Part shown: in pieces, positions 1 to 11,180 of the stretch
Numbering within the stretch: the first letter of the stretch is position 1
Layout: the number at the start of each line of letters is the position of its first letter
DNA from: Nemertoderma westbladi
Lineage: Eukaryota > Animalia > Xenacoelomorpha
Assembly (NCBI GenBank): GCA_032718475.1
Contig: JAUCBJ010001779.1
Location: forward strand, 1 to 36,854
DNA: 36,854 nucleotides
Reading direction: 5' to 3'
Translations under genes and position numbers: made by a program
Notes under the pieces: model-generated
The model's database searches: none
Told to the model about the DNA's origin: nothing
Seen by the model: the letters and a program-made list of their open reading frames with translations, nothing else

Positions 1-669
1 TTGCTGCACTTCTTAAACAACCCCCCCCCCCCCTCCCCTCTATCACTACGTCTACTTCTGCTACTAACCATTAAACACCCCCCCCCCCCCCCTCACCCCA
101 CCACTAGGTCTACTACTAACCACTAACGGGTAGTTGTGCGTGGTAGAACCGCCGTGACTCATCCTCAGAGGATGTGGTGATTGGCACTCGGTTGACGCCT
201 GTAGCATTATATATATACATATATATTTAACACTTTACCTTGCTTATTTTTTTAAATATGTTTACCATACTTATTTGGGCTTCGTTTGATATACTGTAGT
301 GCACCCACCATCACGTTATGTATCTTTAAATTATAATTGTATCTAAGAACGTTTCCTTTTACCACTAAGTAATATTTCAAAATGTTTAAATATTAATTAC
401 TTTCTATATAAATTTGATGTGTCCATCGAAGTTTTTTTTTCGTAATTTCGTAATTGTTTATTCATATTTTTGTGTTAATTAGTTGTAATGCAGTAAAATC
501 GGACCAATTTATAATGCGAAGGTTTCATAATTCCGGCTGTAAAGGGTTAATAATTAAAAATAAAGGGCAGTTCGGCTGTAATACAGTAGTGAACACTGAA
601 CAATGATGGTTAAGTTTAATAAAAATATGTAAGGTTTTTAACACTATGTCCTATTGGTTAGTCCTGAGA

Positions 670-2331
670 TTAGTTATCGGCACCATCGTCATCCCCGGCA
701 CCACCAACGGGATTACCGCGCTCTTCAACCCCGGCGCCGGCACCACCAACGGGATTACCGCCCCCTTCAACCCCGGCGCCAGCACCACCAACGGGATTAC
801 CGCCTTCCACAACCCCGGCGCCGGCACCACCAACGGGATTACCGCCTTCCACAACCCCGGCACCACCAACGGGAAGAGCTCCGTATATGTGGAACGCAAA
901 GTTTCTGTTGGCTGCCAGAACTCGCGTCACGTGAAGACGGGCAGGTTCCACCCCAGAACTGCCTACCAAGTCGGTCGACGTTGCAGATTATCCCCATCCG
1001 AAAATCCACCAACCATTATTTCCGTACCGCTGAGCAACTCCGCATTAACGTGTTTCCTTGCCTCCCTGTTCGTAACGATCTGCGTTTTCGACTAGAAATA
1101 AATTATTATAGTTTTTATAACATTTATACGGCCTATATTAAATAAGTAAATATTTTAGATTCGGTGCATATTAATGTATATTTATATGCTACAATCTGTA
1201 TACCAGTTGTTTACATCATATTATGGTAATAAAGGCTCTGATTAAATAATAATTTATTATATTTATAATCCATTTTATTATTAATTAAATCAATGTATTT
1301 TATACTTACTATTTTATTTCTATTCACATATCTTGTAGACGTTCAAGTTTTACATAACAATTTTTATTAATTTAATATACAATTTATGAATAACATGCTG
1401 TGGATACTTAACATGTTCAGTAATAAAATAACAGAACTTATACCATTAATAATATGAAATATATATAAAACTTTGAAAATATATATTATTTGTTTAGAAT
1501 TCGAACATTTAAATCACTTACTTTCTGATGTTCCTCAGAGAGAGAAACAACCCGGTGAATCGGTTTGAGGTAAACACGTTTACCCTCTCCAACCCTCACC
1601 ACCGGTAAATTTAGAGCGGCGGACAGCGTGCACAACATGGACGGCAAGGATTGCCTGTAGCAGCCGCACAAACTACGATCGCCCTTCAGGCCGCGACAAA
1701 CTGTGCCGCCGCAAACCTTCTTCATTGTCGTCTAAAAAATGTAAAATATATAAGTTTAGTTTGTTGTGTTGTATGACGTTCAGATGGGATTGAACTAGGT
1801 GTATTGCTATTTACGTCTTTATTGGCCTCACAATATGTTGCCTCTATGTTGGACCCTAGAGATTATAATAATCTCAAACCACTCAATATATTTATAATCT
1901 TCATTATTCTTTAGAAAAATATTTTTAAGTCTCCCGCCACGCCCATCCCCATCATTAAATGTTACTTATTCAGTTATTATATATTCTGTCAATAATTATT
2001 GTATGAGTGCCTGTCGAATTAATAGTTTGATAAAAAAAAATATTAACATCAACATACCCCTGTTACCATGTACAAGGAGAACCCCTGAAGATCGGGTGAC
2101 TTTATTAAGTCGTTGATGTTACTTGGTAACTCAGGCAAAACCGCTGGTCTTTCCAGATATAACGGCTTGTGCTTTGTTAATATTGTTGGGAGGTGGGTTA
2201 TCTCCCCACCACGGTAACCCGGCTCAATGATTGCTATAAACGATCCCGTCCCGATCTCATTCACAAAGAAATCATCTGAATCCTCACGGTACTGGTGTAC
2301 CATGACAAATGTTTCATTGGAAGATAATTCC
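670..2331 (-). pseudogene. Decayed multi-exon gene of unknown family (Cys-rich CGGxxC...CGC motif, Gly-rich repeat C-terminus); exons about 2331-2058, 1731-1522 and 1091-670
   Basis: GC-richer blocks bounded by canonical minus-strand splice sites: acceptors ttttttag|2331, ttttttag|1731, tttctag|1091; donors 2058|gtatgt and 1522|gtaagt. The first two exons join in frame (...MVTG|TTMKKVCGGTVCRG...). The last exon has stops in all frames, so frameshifts are needed. No 5' end found. Confidence 0.55.
695..873. repeat. 42-bp GC-rich tandem repeat, about 4.3 copies
   Basis: CACCACCAAC recurs at 699, 741, 783, 825 and 861. On the minus strand it encodes VEGGNPVGGAGAG-type units. Explains the overlapping ORFs at 646-1145. 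Confidence 0.9.
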
Positions 2332-2454
2332 CTAAAAAACAATCATATGTAATATATGAAATCTATGGAAATTAAATGATTTAATTTATTTTATATCACC
2401 TGGTTACATGGATCAATATTTATATAGTCAGAATTACGATAAATAAAACACGTT

Positions 2455-2541
2455 GTTTACCTTTTCGCACCTCGATCCGATTTATATACCTCCCTTGCTG
2501 CACTCGGTCGGTAAATAACAGATCTCGGGGCGATGGTAAAT
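2455..2541. repeat. Short imperfect palindrome (hairpin/MITE-like)
   Basis: tttacc...cgcacctcgatc...ttatatacc pairs imperfectly with ggtaaataa...gatctcggggcgatggtaaa. Confidence 0.35.
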
Positions 2542-2764
2542 AAAGCATATATTATTTGGAAATTTCCGGTTTGGGGGGCACTGAAACGCTAAAAAACGCA
2601 TGTGTCTAAAATACTTTGCACTTGTCTACGGTGGCTGATTTAGGCCACATTTAATTAAATTTTTTTTCAAAGAGGATTAAGAAAAAAATAAACTAAATTA
2701 TATTATTTAGGGGATTAAGAAAACAGAAACAAATTAAACTAAATTATGTGAATATTGATTTTGA

Positions 2765-3217
2765 TTTCTGATTGGTTGGAAAAATAAATAAACTAAATTA
2801 AGTATATTTCTGATTGGTTGAAAAAATAAATAAACTAAATTAAGTTATTTCTGATTGGTTAAAAAAATAAATAAACTAAATTAACTGTATTTCTGATTGG
2901 TTGAAAAAATAAATAAACTAAATTAAGTATATTTCTGATTGGTTGAAAAAATAAATAAACTAAATTAAAATATTTCTGATTGGTTGAAAAAATAAATAAA
3001 CTAAATTAAGTTATTTCTGATTGGTTGAAAAAATAAATAAACTAAATTAAGTTAATTCTGATTGGTTGAAAAAATAAATAAACTAAATTAAGTATATTTC
3101 TGATTGGTTGAAAAAATAAATAAACTAAATTAAGTATATTTCTTATTGGTTAAAAAAAAAATAAACTAAATTAAGGGAGGTTTCTGATTGGTTGAAAAAA
3201 TTGATAAACTAAATTAT
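2765..3217. repeat. Left subterminal array: 11 copies of a 41-42-bp unit, each with a CCAAT box (CTGATTGGTT)
   Basis: ATTGGTT at 2771, 2813, 2854, 2896, 2938, 2979, 3020, 3061, 3103, 3145 and 3187. Confidence 0.95.
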
Positions 3218-3765
3218 ACAGTCTGCATGTAGGCCGGTCAGACAGTTGGACAACTGCTCTCAGACTGCCAGTTTGTGGTACTGGTGTACTGCAGTACTGC
3301 CTGGCCGTGGTCTGTGTGTGGTATATGTCTGTATGCTGTACTGCTGTATGATGTATGAACAGAATCACCAACAACATGGTAAGGGAGGCTACTGTTAAAC
3401 TGTAGTACTGGTACATGTAGCGGTGTAGTGTAGTAGTCAGGTAGTGGTGCCGGTATGCCTGTATGCTATCCTGATGAATTGTTTTAATCTACTATGGACT
3501 GTTTTAATCTATTAGCCTACTAAATGGAAGGGGGGCCTGACAGCCTGATGATCAGGAGAAACGCCGGCTTTTAACAGACTTAAGGAGGGATACCTATCTC
3601 CGTGTGGATGAAGTTTATCGCATATTTCATGATTCTGCATCAGTTGATACTAATAGGTCTTCCTCTACTGGTACGCCTGACAGGTCATGTAAATGGTTCA
3701 CACTCAAACCTATATATGGAAGCTGGGCAATTAACACAGGGTACAATTAGTGACAATGTAAAAAG

Positions 3766-4026
3766 ATGTTGAGGGAGTTCGACCCAAAGTTATTGGAAGC
3801 ATTCGTTCGATTTGTTACTGGTTCAAATCTTCTTGTATGTGAATTTATTGTGGTTGGATTTTTCAAGGAGGACAAGTTCCAATCGAGTTTCGGACGTTCG
3901 ATAACTGCGAGAACATGTACCCCACTGTTAACGTTACCAACAGACTATAACTCCTATATGGAGTTGAAGGAAGAGATACAGAAACTACTCATGAACGGAA
4001 TGGGGTACTTATTTTCAGATTATTGA
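3766..4026 (+). pseudogene. HECT E3 ubiquitin ligase C-lobe fragment carried by the transposon
   Basis: LEAFVRFVTGS...TARTC..LLTLPTDYNSYMELKEEI matches the HECT C-lobe pattern (FL.FVTGS...PxAHTC..L.LP.Y.S...L), catalytic Cys retained. No N-lobe: an in-frame stop lies just upstream at 3751-3753. An open frame at 3541-3750 may be an N-terminal relic. Confidence 0.8.
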
Positions 4027-4759
4027 TCAATACAATGATGTAAAGAAAGTGTTATTGTATATTAATTGTGTTATTTTTTATTGTATATTAATTGTGTTAT
4101 TTTTTAGATACAAATAATCTTTATTCTTATTTTCAATAATTAGTTGCGTTCAAGTTTGTTTACAACCTTTTTCAGTTGCTGAAGTCCCCCCTCCGGAGCC
4201 GGAGGTTTGGTAAAGAGAGGGGGGGGGGGGGGGGGATTTGATGTGATTTGCTTTTCAGTTCACACGTAATACGCACACACATAATGTCCTGCGACTTAGA
4301 TAGATCCTTAGTTACAGCTGATTACTAGTATAAAATTAATATGTAACATGTGCTATCGAGTCTCGTTTGTTGTTTTGGTTACAATCGGTCCGTCACTATA
4401 TAACCTGCACCCTTCTCGACTGAAAACAACGACATGAACTGTACCAGCCTGTTGTGGATGGGGTGGGGGGGGGGGGGGGGGGGGTACAAAGTTGGTTGAT
4501 TGAAGAGTAATAATCCTCATTTACCTAAGTAAATAATGCAAATCTTATTTACCGCTACCATTGACTGAGGGGTAAAAAATATAAATTTTAACAATACATA
4601 TTATTATATAACATATATATTGATATAATATAGTACACATAATGTTGAATTCACACTACTACATTAACCAATGCTTGTTCGACTAATACATCGGCACATT
4701 GCCATAACGTACTACTTTGCTGAGGAGATATAATATGTGGGTTTCTTGATAAGTAATAG

Positions 4760-5607
4760 TCACAGATGTTTGATACAGACCTTCGGCATGTTAATTGTCA
4801 TTACCGAGTTAAATCTGTCAATCAGATTGATATCCTCTATACTAACTGGATGCAAATAGTTTGGATTATCGACAAACAATATGTCAGGTTTACCCCCAGG
4901 TGAAATAAGTCCACTTTTACGAAGTCGGTGGCTATTCCATTGAATTCTATTTCTAATAGAGTCAAGTGTTCTTTGAAGTAAGTCTAAATAAACGTAACGC
5001 ACTATCTCAATATGTAGATTATTAGATGTGTCTATAATGCCATAAATTTCCAGCGATCCAAAGTGAGACAACCAAGTTTGCATGCCGAGCATTGGGAACT
5101 TAGACTACCATGATTAAATGCGCTGATTGCGCGTGCTTTTTCCATATATAAAAACTTGTGGATCAGAAATATTTAGTTCATATAGACGTAAAAGTCGTTG
5201 AAAGAATTCTGCATTGACGTTTTCTGTGCCACGATCAGACCTAATAATGTGCGGGACACCGCCTAGCTCTTTAAGGGCATCAATAAAATATTCACCGATT
5301 ATAAACGGATCATTATTCGTGCGATGGCATTTAAGCCAGAGTAGTTTACGGCTATAGCCGTCGATTCCCCCATGAACAGCCAAACCGTAGGGCTTTAGCT
5401 TGTCCCACCCATCTATGTGTAGTAAGTAATTTGGGCCCTTTGAAATATAAGTACGTCTGACCACTTTCCTACTAATCCTTCTCCTAACTGCGTTCGGTTC
5501 TAATAAACGAAGGAGTTGACCAACTAACTTTTTCGGTACATATAATTTATGATTTAACAATAATAACTTCTGCATTTGCCTATAACCAAGGCCACTCGTG
5601 TTCACTC
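4760..5607 (-). pseudogene. DDE integrase-core transposase (IS3/IS481-like), 5'-truncated with in-frame stops
   Basis: Motifs GYR..., RRTYISKGPNYLLHIDGWDKLKPYG..HGGIDGYSRK, IRSDRGTEN, STRNQRI*SW*S and WNSHRLR. ORFs 5114-5605 and 4760-5092 are in the same frame, separated by TAA (5114-5116, at the expected catalytic Glu) and TAG (5105-5107, at an expected Trp). The 5' end abuts the right TIR array. Confidence 0.9.
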
Positions 5608-5609
5608 AC

Positions 5610-5841
5610 TTTATTTTTTCAACCAATCAGAAATACAGTTAATTTAGTTTATTTATTTTTTTAACCAATCAGAAATAACTTAATTTAGTTTATTTATTTT
5701 TTCAACCAATCAGAAATATACTTAATTTAGTTTATTTATTTTTTCAACCAATCAGAAATACAGTTAATTTAGTTAATTTATTTTTTAAACCAATCAGAAA
5801 TAACTTAATTTAGTTTATTTATTTTTTCAACCAATCAGAAA
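5610..5841. repeat. Right subterminal array: 6 inverted copies of the 41-42-bp CCAAT unit
   Basis: AACCAAT at 5621, 5663, 5704, 5746, 5788 and 5829; truncated internally by the deletion into the transposase. Confidence 0.95.
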
Positions 5842-6056
5842 TCAATATTCGCATAATTTAGTTAAATTTGTTTCTGTTTTCTCAATCCCCTAAATAATAT
5901 AATTTAGTTTATTTTTTTTCTTAATCCTCTTCGAAAAAAAATTTAATTAAATGTGGCCTAAATCAGCCACCGTACTTGTCTGGTGGGAAAACACTTAGAA
6001 AATTGTTCTCATATTCATTTCTACATTGTCAGATTGTCTATATATGAAAAGACTCT

Positions 6057-6413
6057 GATATTTTTCTCAAATTTCCCGGTTTCCTAGGGAAAATACCGGG
6101 AAAAAATACAGGAAATTTGTATCACAATCTTTAGCCTATTCAAAAAAATTTTCGAATATTCATTTAGATAAACATGGTTTTCTCAATAAATACCTGTACT
6201 AAACAATCTGACAATACAAACCAAAACAATAAACGATATTTTTCTCAAATTTCCCGGTTTCCTCGGGAAAATACCGGGAAAAAATACGGGAAATTTTTAT
6301 CACAATCTTTACCCTATTCAAAATTTTTTTCGAATATTCATTTAGATAAACATGGTTTTCTCAATAAATACCTGTACCGGTACTACTGTACTAAACAATC
6401 TGACAATACAAAC
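6057..6413. repeat. Tandem duplication of about 180 bp
   Basis: GATATTTTTCTCAAATTTCCCGGTTTCC...AAACAATCTGACAATACAAAC at 6057-6221 and 6236-6413. Confidence 0.85.
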
Positions 6414-7249
6414 AAAGCAGGCAAATTAATTTCACAATTTTTTTGAGGGAAAGGAGCAGGTTACATAGGCAGGCCTTTCTAACCAAAACAATAAACGGCC
6501 ATTCTGCCACTTTACAGCTTTACCAATCTGCCAATTGTGGGTCCAAAGGAGCAGATTGCAGATGTAGGCTTTCATAACCAAAACAATACAGCAATAAACG
6601 ATAACTTTGGGGTTTGCCCCAAAACAATAAACAGCCACTTTACTAATTGAGGGAAAGGAGCAGGTAACAGAGGCGAGCTTTTCTAACCAACTGACCAAAA
6701 CAATAAAGGATCACTTTACTAATTGAGGGAAACCATATGGTCAGACAATCGGTAGAAAAAATGTTAATGAAAAAAATTGTAAAAAGCGTTTCATAAAATA
6801 AGCGGTACCGGTATATATATAAATATATACAGACAGATATAAGTGTTTTAAGGGACGGTCCCCAAACTGCCAAAGTAACAATACCCGCAGTAGTTATTAC
6901 AGTACCGGTACTGCAGCCAACATGAGTCTGTCAGTCTGTACCTGTAGTTTGAGTCTGCTAGTCTGAGACTACATCTAATGGAAGCTGTTGTCAGGTTTGT
7001 GTTTATACACCTATAGCGGAGGCTATGCTATGGCATGTATGGTACACCAATACAGCAATACTGGTGAACCGGCAACCGGTACAATAAATACTGAAATAAC
7101 AGTTGACAGTAATACTGCAGTTAAGTGCAGTTGTTAAAAAATCAGTGGCCCTGAAACCGGAAAGAGCCAGAAAATGTGCAAAATTCGATTAAAATGGAGC
7201 AATGGAGGGATAGCCTTATGAGGTTTCACCTCGTTTCCATAAGGGTCCC

Positions 7250-9053
7250 TGTCCCTTCGATAGAGACTTATCCGAGTTCGAGCGACAACTTGCAGACTTG
7301 CATATAAACAACGAGTCAAGCGTCGTGAACAATTCTTAAGACGGTAACACCTCCGAACAAACAGCTGCAAATGTAAGTCGACAAAACCCATTTGATATTT
7401 TAGATTGACTATCACCGCACCACTATGTTGACCCAAAAGATTCTCCTTATCCTCCTCTCTATGAATGGTTGAGTCAGTTTGACTCCAGGGGAGTCCATGT
7501 AGCCCATGCTAATATACGCAGCTTGCTTCCTATGATTCCCGAACTAAAATGTATATTAGAACCAGGCTCAATTAATATTCTCACCATTTCTGAGTCATGG
7601 CTTAATGATTCTATCACTAATGCCGAAATTGGTATTCCTGGATATAATATCTTTTGGCGCGATAGGAATAGAAATGGAGGTGGAGTTGCTATCTATATCA
7701 ACTCAAGTCTTGTTTTTAATGTTCTAGAATGGAGTTACAACTGCAAATCTGAGGTCCTATTTTGGTGAACTATCACTACCAAGCACAAAGACAATTCTGC
7801 TTGGTGTGATATACCGACCCGACAGTGACAAAAATATGTTTGCCATTCCTTGGCGATACCTCAAAATACGGAGAGATAATCATTCTGGGGATACTAACAT
7901 AGACCTGTTATAGGTAACTACAAATGCATACCATCCCCCCTTGCTACCGATGGCCTCCTGCAAAGCCTATACAGCTTCACCAATGCACTTGGTGCCAGTT
8001 AATAACTGAAGCAACTCGGGTCACAGCTTTTACAGCCACATTAATTGACCATGCCTTTGTATCGCAACCAAATATGATTACAAGCAGTGGAGTTATTAAG
8101 GAACGATTAAGTGACCACTATAGTGTATACACAAGTACAGTATATAGTGTATAGTACATAGTGTATATAGTACAAGTGTATACATAAGTGTATAAACAAT
8201 TTTTGATACAAGAAAAAGACAAAAACCAAAACCAGCTATTCCCCTGACAAGTAACTGACGTTCTTACTCAACCTAATCCAAAGAGATATTGCTCGAAAAA
8301 CTGACAAATAGTAGTACATCCGTACAAGATTTGCCATATACAATAGATGTCAATACTGCAGCAACCATAGTGGATATTGTGTTATCAAGGATTTTAGATG
8401 ATATTTCTCCATTTCGGAAATGCCGCATAAAATCTTTCTCACAACAATGGGTCGATAGGGAGGTGAAAGACGCAATCATCTCCCGCAATAGAGCGTCTCT
8501 CAAACTCCACAATGAAAGAACACTCCTAAACCAGGAGGCCTTTAGAGTCCTAAGAAACAAAGCAACCAACCTCATAAAATGTAAAAAGGTATCGTACATC
8601 AGTCTACAATTTAAAAATGCAACTGGTGATAGCAAGAAACTGTGGAAAGTTCTTAAGACTATCGGTCCTCCTACTAGAAAGCAAGGAGCCCACTCCAAGA
8701 CAACCACTAAATGCCTTTTAATTGATGGCGAAATTCCACATGATCCATCGAAAGTCTGCGAGCACCTCAATACCTACTTCACTAATATTGCAAAAGAACT
8801 AGTATCAGCAATGCCTAAACCACCAGGCTGTTATGGCTTTGAATCTACATTGGAATACTACAAGGGACTCGGAGTAACGGAGAACGCGTTCAGCCTGCAC
8901 CCAGTTGAAGAGGACGACGTTGCCAAAATATTCTCTAAGATTGACCCCTCTAAAGCTGGAGGCCCTGATGGTATCCCTTCATGCATAATCAATGATGGGG
9001 CAATATTCAACTTGTCTATCTCATCTTCAATCTTTCCTGATAACTATAAAATA
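7250..9053 (+). mobile_element. L2/Crack-like LINE ORF2, 5' part (APE endonuclease and pre-RT region), degenerate
   Basis: APE motifs HANIRSL, ISESWL, RDRNRNGGGVAIY, IYRP, TLIDH and LSDHY; then SKKLWK, LNTYFTNIA, KAGGPDGIP and IFNLSISSSIFP. Several stops and frameshifts. Confidence 0.9.
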
Positions 9054-11178
9054 CAGTCCCGCTCTCAAAAGGCATTCCTTTGATCAAACATTGATCAAAC
9101 TTTGATCAAACATTGATCAAATATTGAAATGTATCAGGCTTATAAATCCTGCCATTGAGTTCTACCAAAGGCGCTGCACTTCAAAGTCTAGATTCCCACT
9201 GAGCTGTGTGTCAATCAAGCAGCCCTAACTCTCTCTCTCTCTCTCTCTCTGCTCTCTGTGTGTGTAATGCTCCATGTGCTCTGTAGGATGTCTGCAGATC
9301 ACACAGGACACCACTTCCATATCATACCATAGGTTTGTAAGCTATAGCCGTTATTTAAACCAGTTAAAGCCTAGGTTATAATAATTTACAGCGATTATCA
9401 GAAAATAACAGCCGCAATTGAATCTCCACTTGGCGGTGTGGTGGTAATGAAAGCAAGGGCGGGTAGGGGCTGTGTGGAGCTTAATTCTGAGTTACGCAAT
9501 GTGTTGGGTGGATGGCTTCAATACATTAGAATGGGGGGGGGGGGCACTAGCGTACCGAGGGGGAGGCCATGTGAAAGCATACTGAAGTCTTTCCAGTTGA
9601 AATGAGAACAAAAATAATATATATATATATATTAAAGATCCACATTCCAAATTTTCTGAAACAAAAGCATTTTCCTAAAGGGGGGGGGGGGGGGGGGGGG
9701 GGGGTAGTTAATATAAGAATAGCCCTTGGTATTATTATATCAGTTGACATTTCAAGTCACAACAAATTATGTCATAGGGAGTAAAGGAGTCAGCGGTCTC
9801 AGTGCTATTTGCTGTATATTATTAGCTTGGGGTGTCGACAGCGACAGACCACTAACAAAGTAAAGGCATAGCATGTGTAATGGCTCTTAGCTTATGCCGC
9901 CCCAGCATGTAAAACCAATTATCTGCTGTGGAATGGAATTCCCCGAAATTTCGAAATTTACTATAAAGTCTTCCCAAGAAATTAGACAGCCAACTAACCC
10001 ACACACAGGAGGCCGCCAACCAAAGAGATTGGCCTCCTGGCACTGAGCTGGCCTAGTCGCAAAGGAACTATGCAGGTAGTAATGTGTACTAAACAATACT
10101 AATGGCTACAATACATTATAATGGGGGGGGGGGGGGGGGTGTGCAGGTCCGCAGCTTGTACAATGATATAGTCATAGTCCACAACAAGAGAGGGGATGGG
10201 ATCACTGGGGTTATATTGATGCTTTGTCCTTGTCTTACAACGACCTGTGAGCAAAAAAGTGTGGTTTGTCGGCCGGATGGTTAAAACCCTCCATTAATTA
10301 AAAATGAATGAGCATAATTTAATAAGTATTACTAACCCAATTTGATTTTTAATATTTAAAAAATTATAATTACAATACGTTAATCTGAATTAAAAAATAC
10401 GTAACTAATGATGTACATAACATAGTTTATTTTAAAACAAATGAGATTTTCAAGTAGTGAGTATTAAAATTAAATTACGTACATTTTTAGAAGGTATTTT
10501 AGGGGGTGCGCTGGCGCTAGCGCTCGGATTTATTTATTTCTTTATTTACATTTATTAGTATAATTAGAGACAGGGGCAGGAAGGAAGCTTGTCGAATTTA
10601 CACAATTACTGTATAAGCAAATGCAATGCAACGGCAGCCATCGCGCTGCTATGTCAATGGAGGTCTTAAGGAACATTGAAACTAATTTCTAATATAACAA
10701 TAATTTAAAAATATTCCAAAGGATGTTTTTCTGAACTGGTTGTTAGTGTAATAATAGGCCCTGCCCTACAAGAACAAGACTCAGTCTGGGACACTACCAC
10801 AACACTGCCATGTAAATCCAATCGGGGTCCATCCACAAAGTCAAGCAAGCTCCATCCACTGCCCTGTCAATCAAATAGCGACTTGGCCATTAACAAAAGC
10901 CAGTTCTCGGCGGGAATCTGAGTTCAAAGGCTTGCCGCAGTTGAGAGATTTAAACTGTTACCTTGAAATCATTTCAACGTCATTTCAATATGAGACAGAA
11001 AGTCTGGAATTTCGGTGCGTCGATTTCAAGGTCATTTCAATATGCCATCAATGTCATTTCAATGTCAATGCTACTTTCAATGATATTCTATGGACACATT
11101 TTGATCAAACTTTGATCAATGTTTGATCAAAGTTTGATCAATGTTTGATCAAAGGAATGCTTTTTGAGAGCGGGACTG
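9054..11178. mobile_element. Non-autonomous TA-flanked DNA transposon (Tc1/mariner-like) inserted in the LINE
   Basis: About 68-bp TIR CAGTCCCGCTCTCAAAA(G/A)GCATTCCTTTGATCAAAC... containing repeated TTGATCAA palindromes; TA at 9052-9053 and 11179-11180. Removing it restores LINE FPDNYKIAGVVPAHKKG. No transposase seen inside. Confidence 0.9.
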
Positions 11179-11180
11179 TA

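Larger units (their letters stand above)
2627..5974. mobile_element. IS3EU-like DNA transposon, internally deleted, with DDE transposase relic and HECT-domain cargo
   Basis: Long TIR beginning TACGGTGGCTGATTTAGGCCACATTTAATTAAAT at 2627, with its reverse complement ending at 5974 (similarity over about 360 bp). Perfect 6-bp TSD CTTGTC at 2621-2626 and 5975-5980. TAY..RTA termini with a 6-bp TSD and an IS3/IS481-like integrase match my recollection of the IS3EU superfamily. Confidence 0.88.

Noticed and set aside
533-550. piggyBac-like end (AAAGGG|TTAA), and another at 21056-21070 (TTAA|CCCTTT)
   Set aside because: No convincing partner TIR for either, and the two point away from each other.
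646-1145. Plus-strand ORFs of 149 and 163 aa
   Set aside because: Open frames are produced by the 42-bp repeat; splice signals support the minus strand.
2765-3217. CRISPR-like array
   Set aside because: Tandem units with no unique spacers, no cas genes and a eukaryotic context; it is a TIR sub-repeat. The same lack of spacers applies to 28410-28511.
5105-5116. Stop-codon reassignment in the transposase
   Set aside because: TAA and TAG stand for different expected residues (Glu, Trp), each one substitution away, and both codons terminate host genes here. This is ordinary decay.
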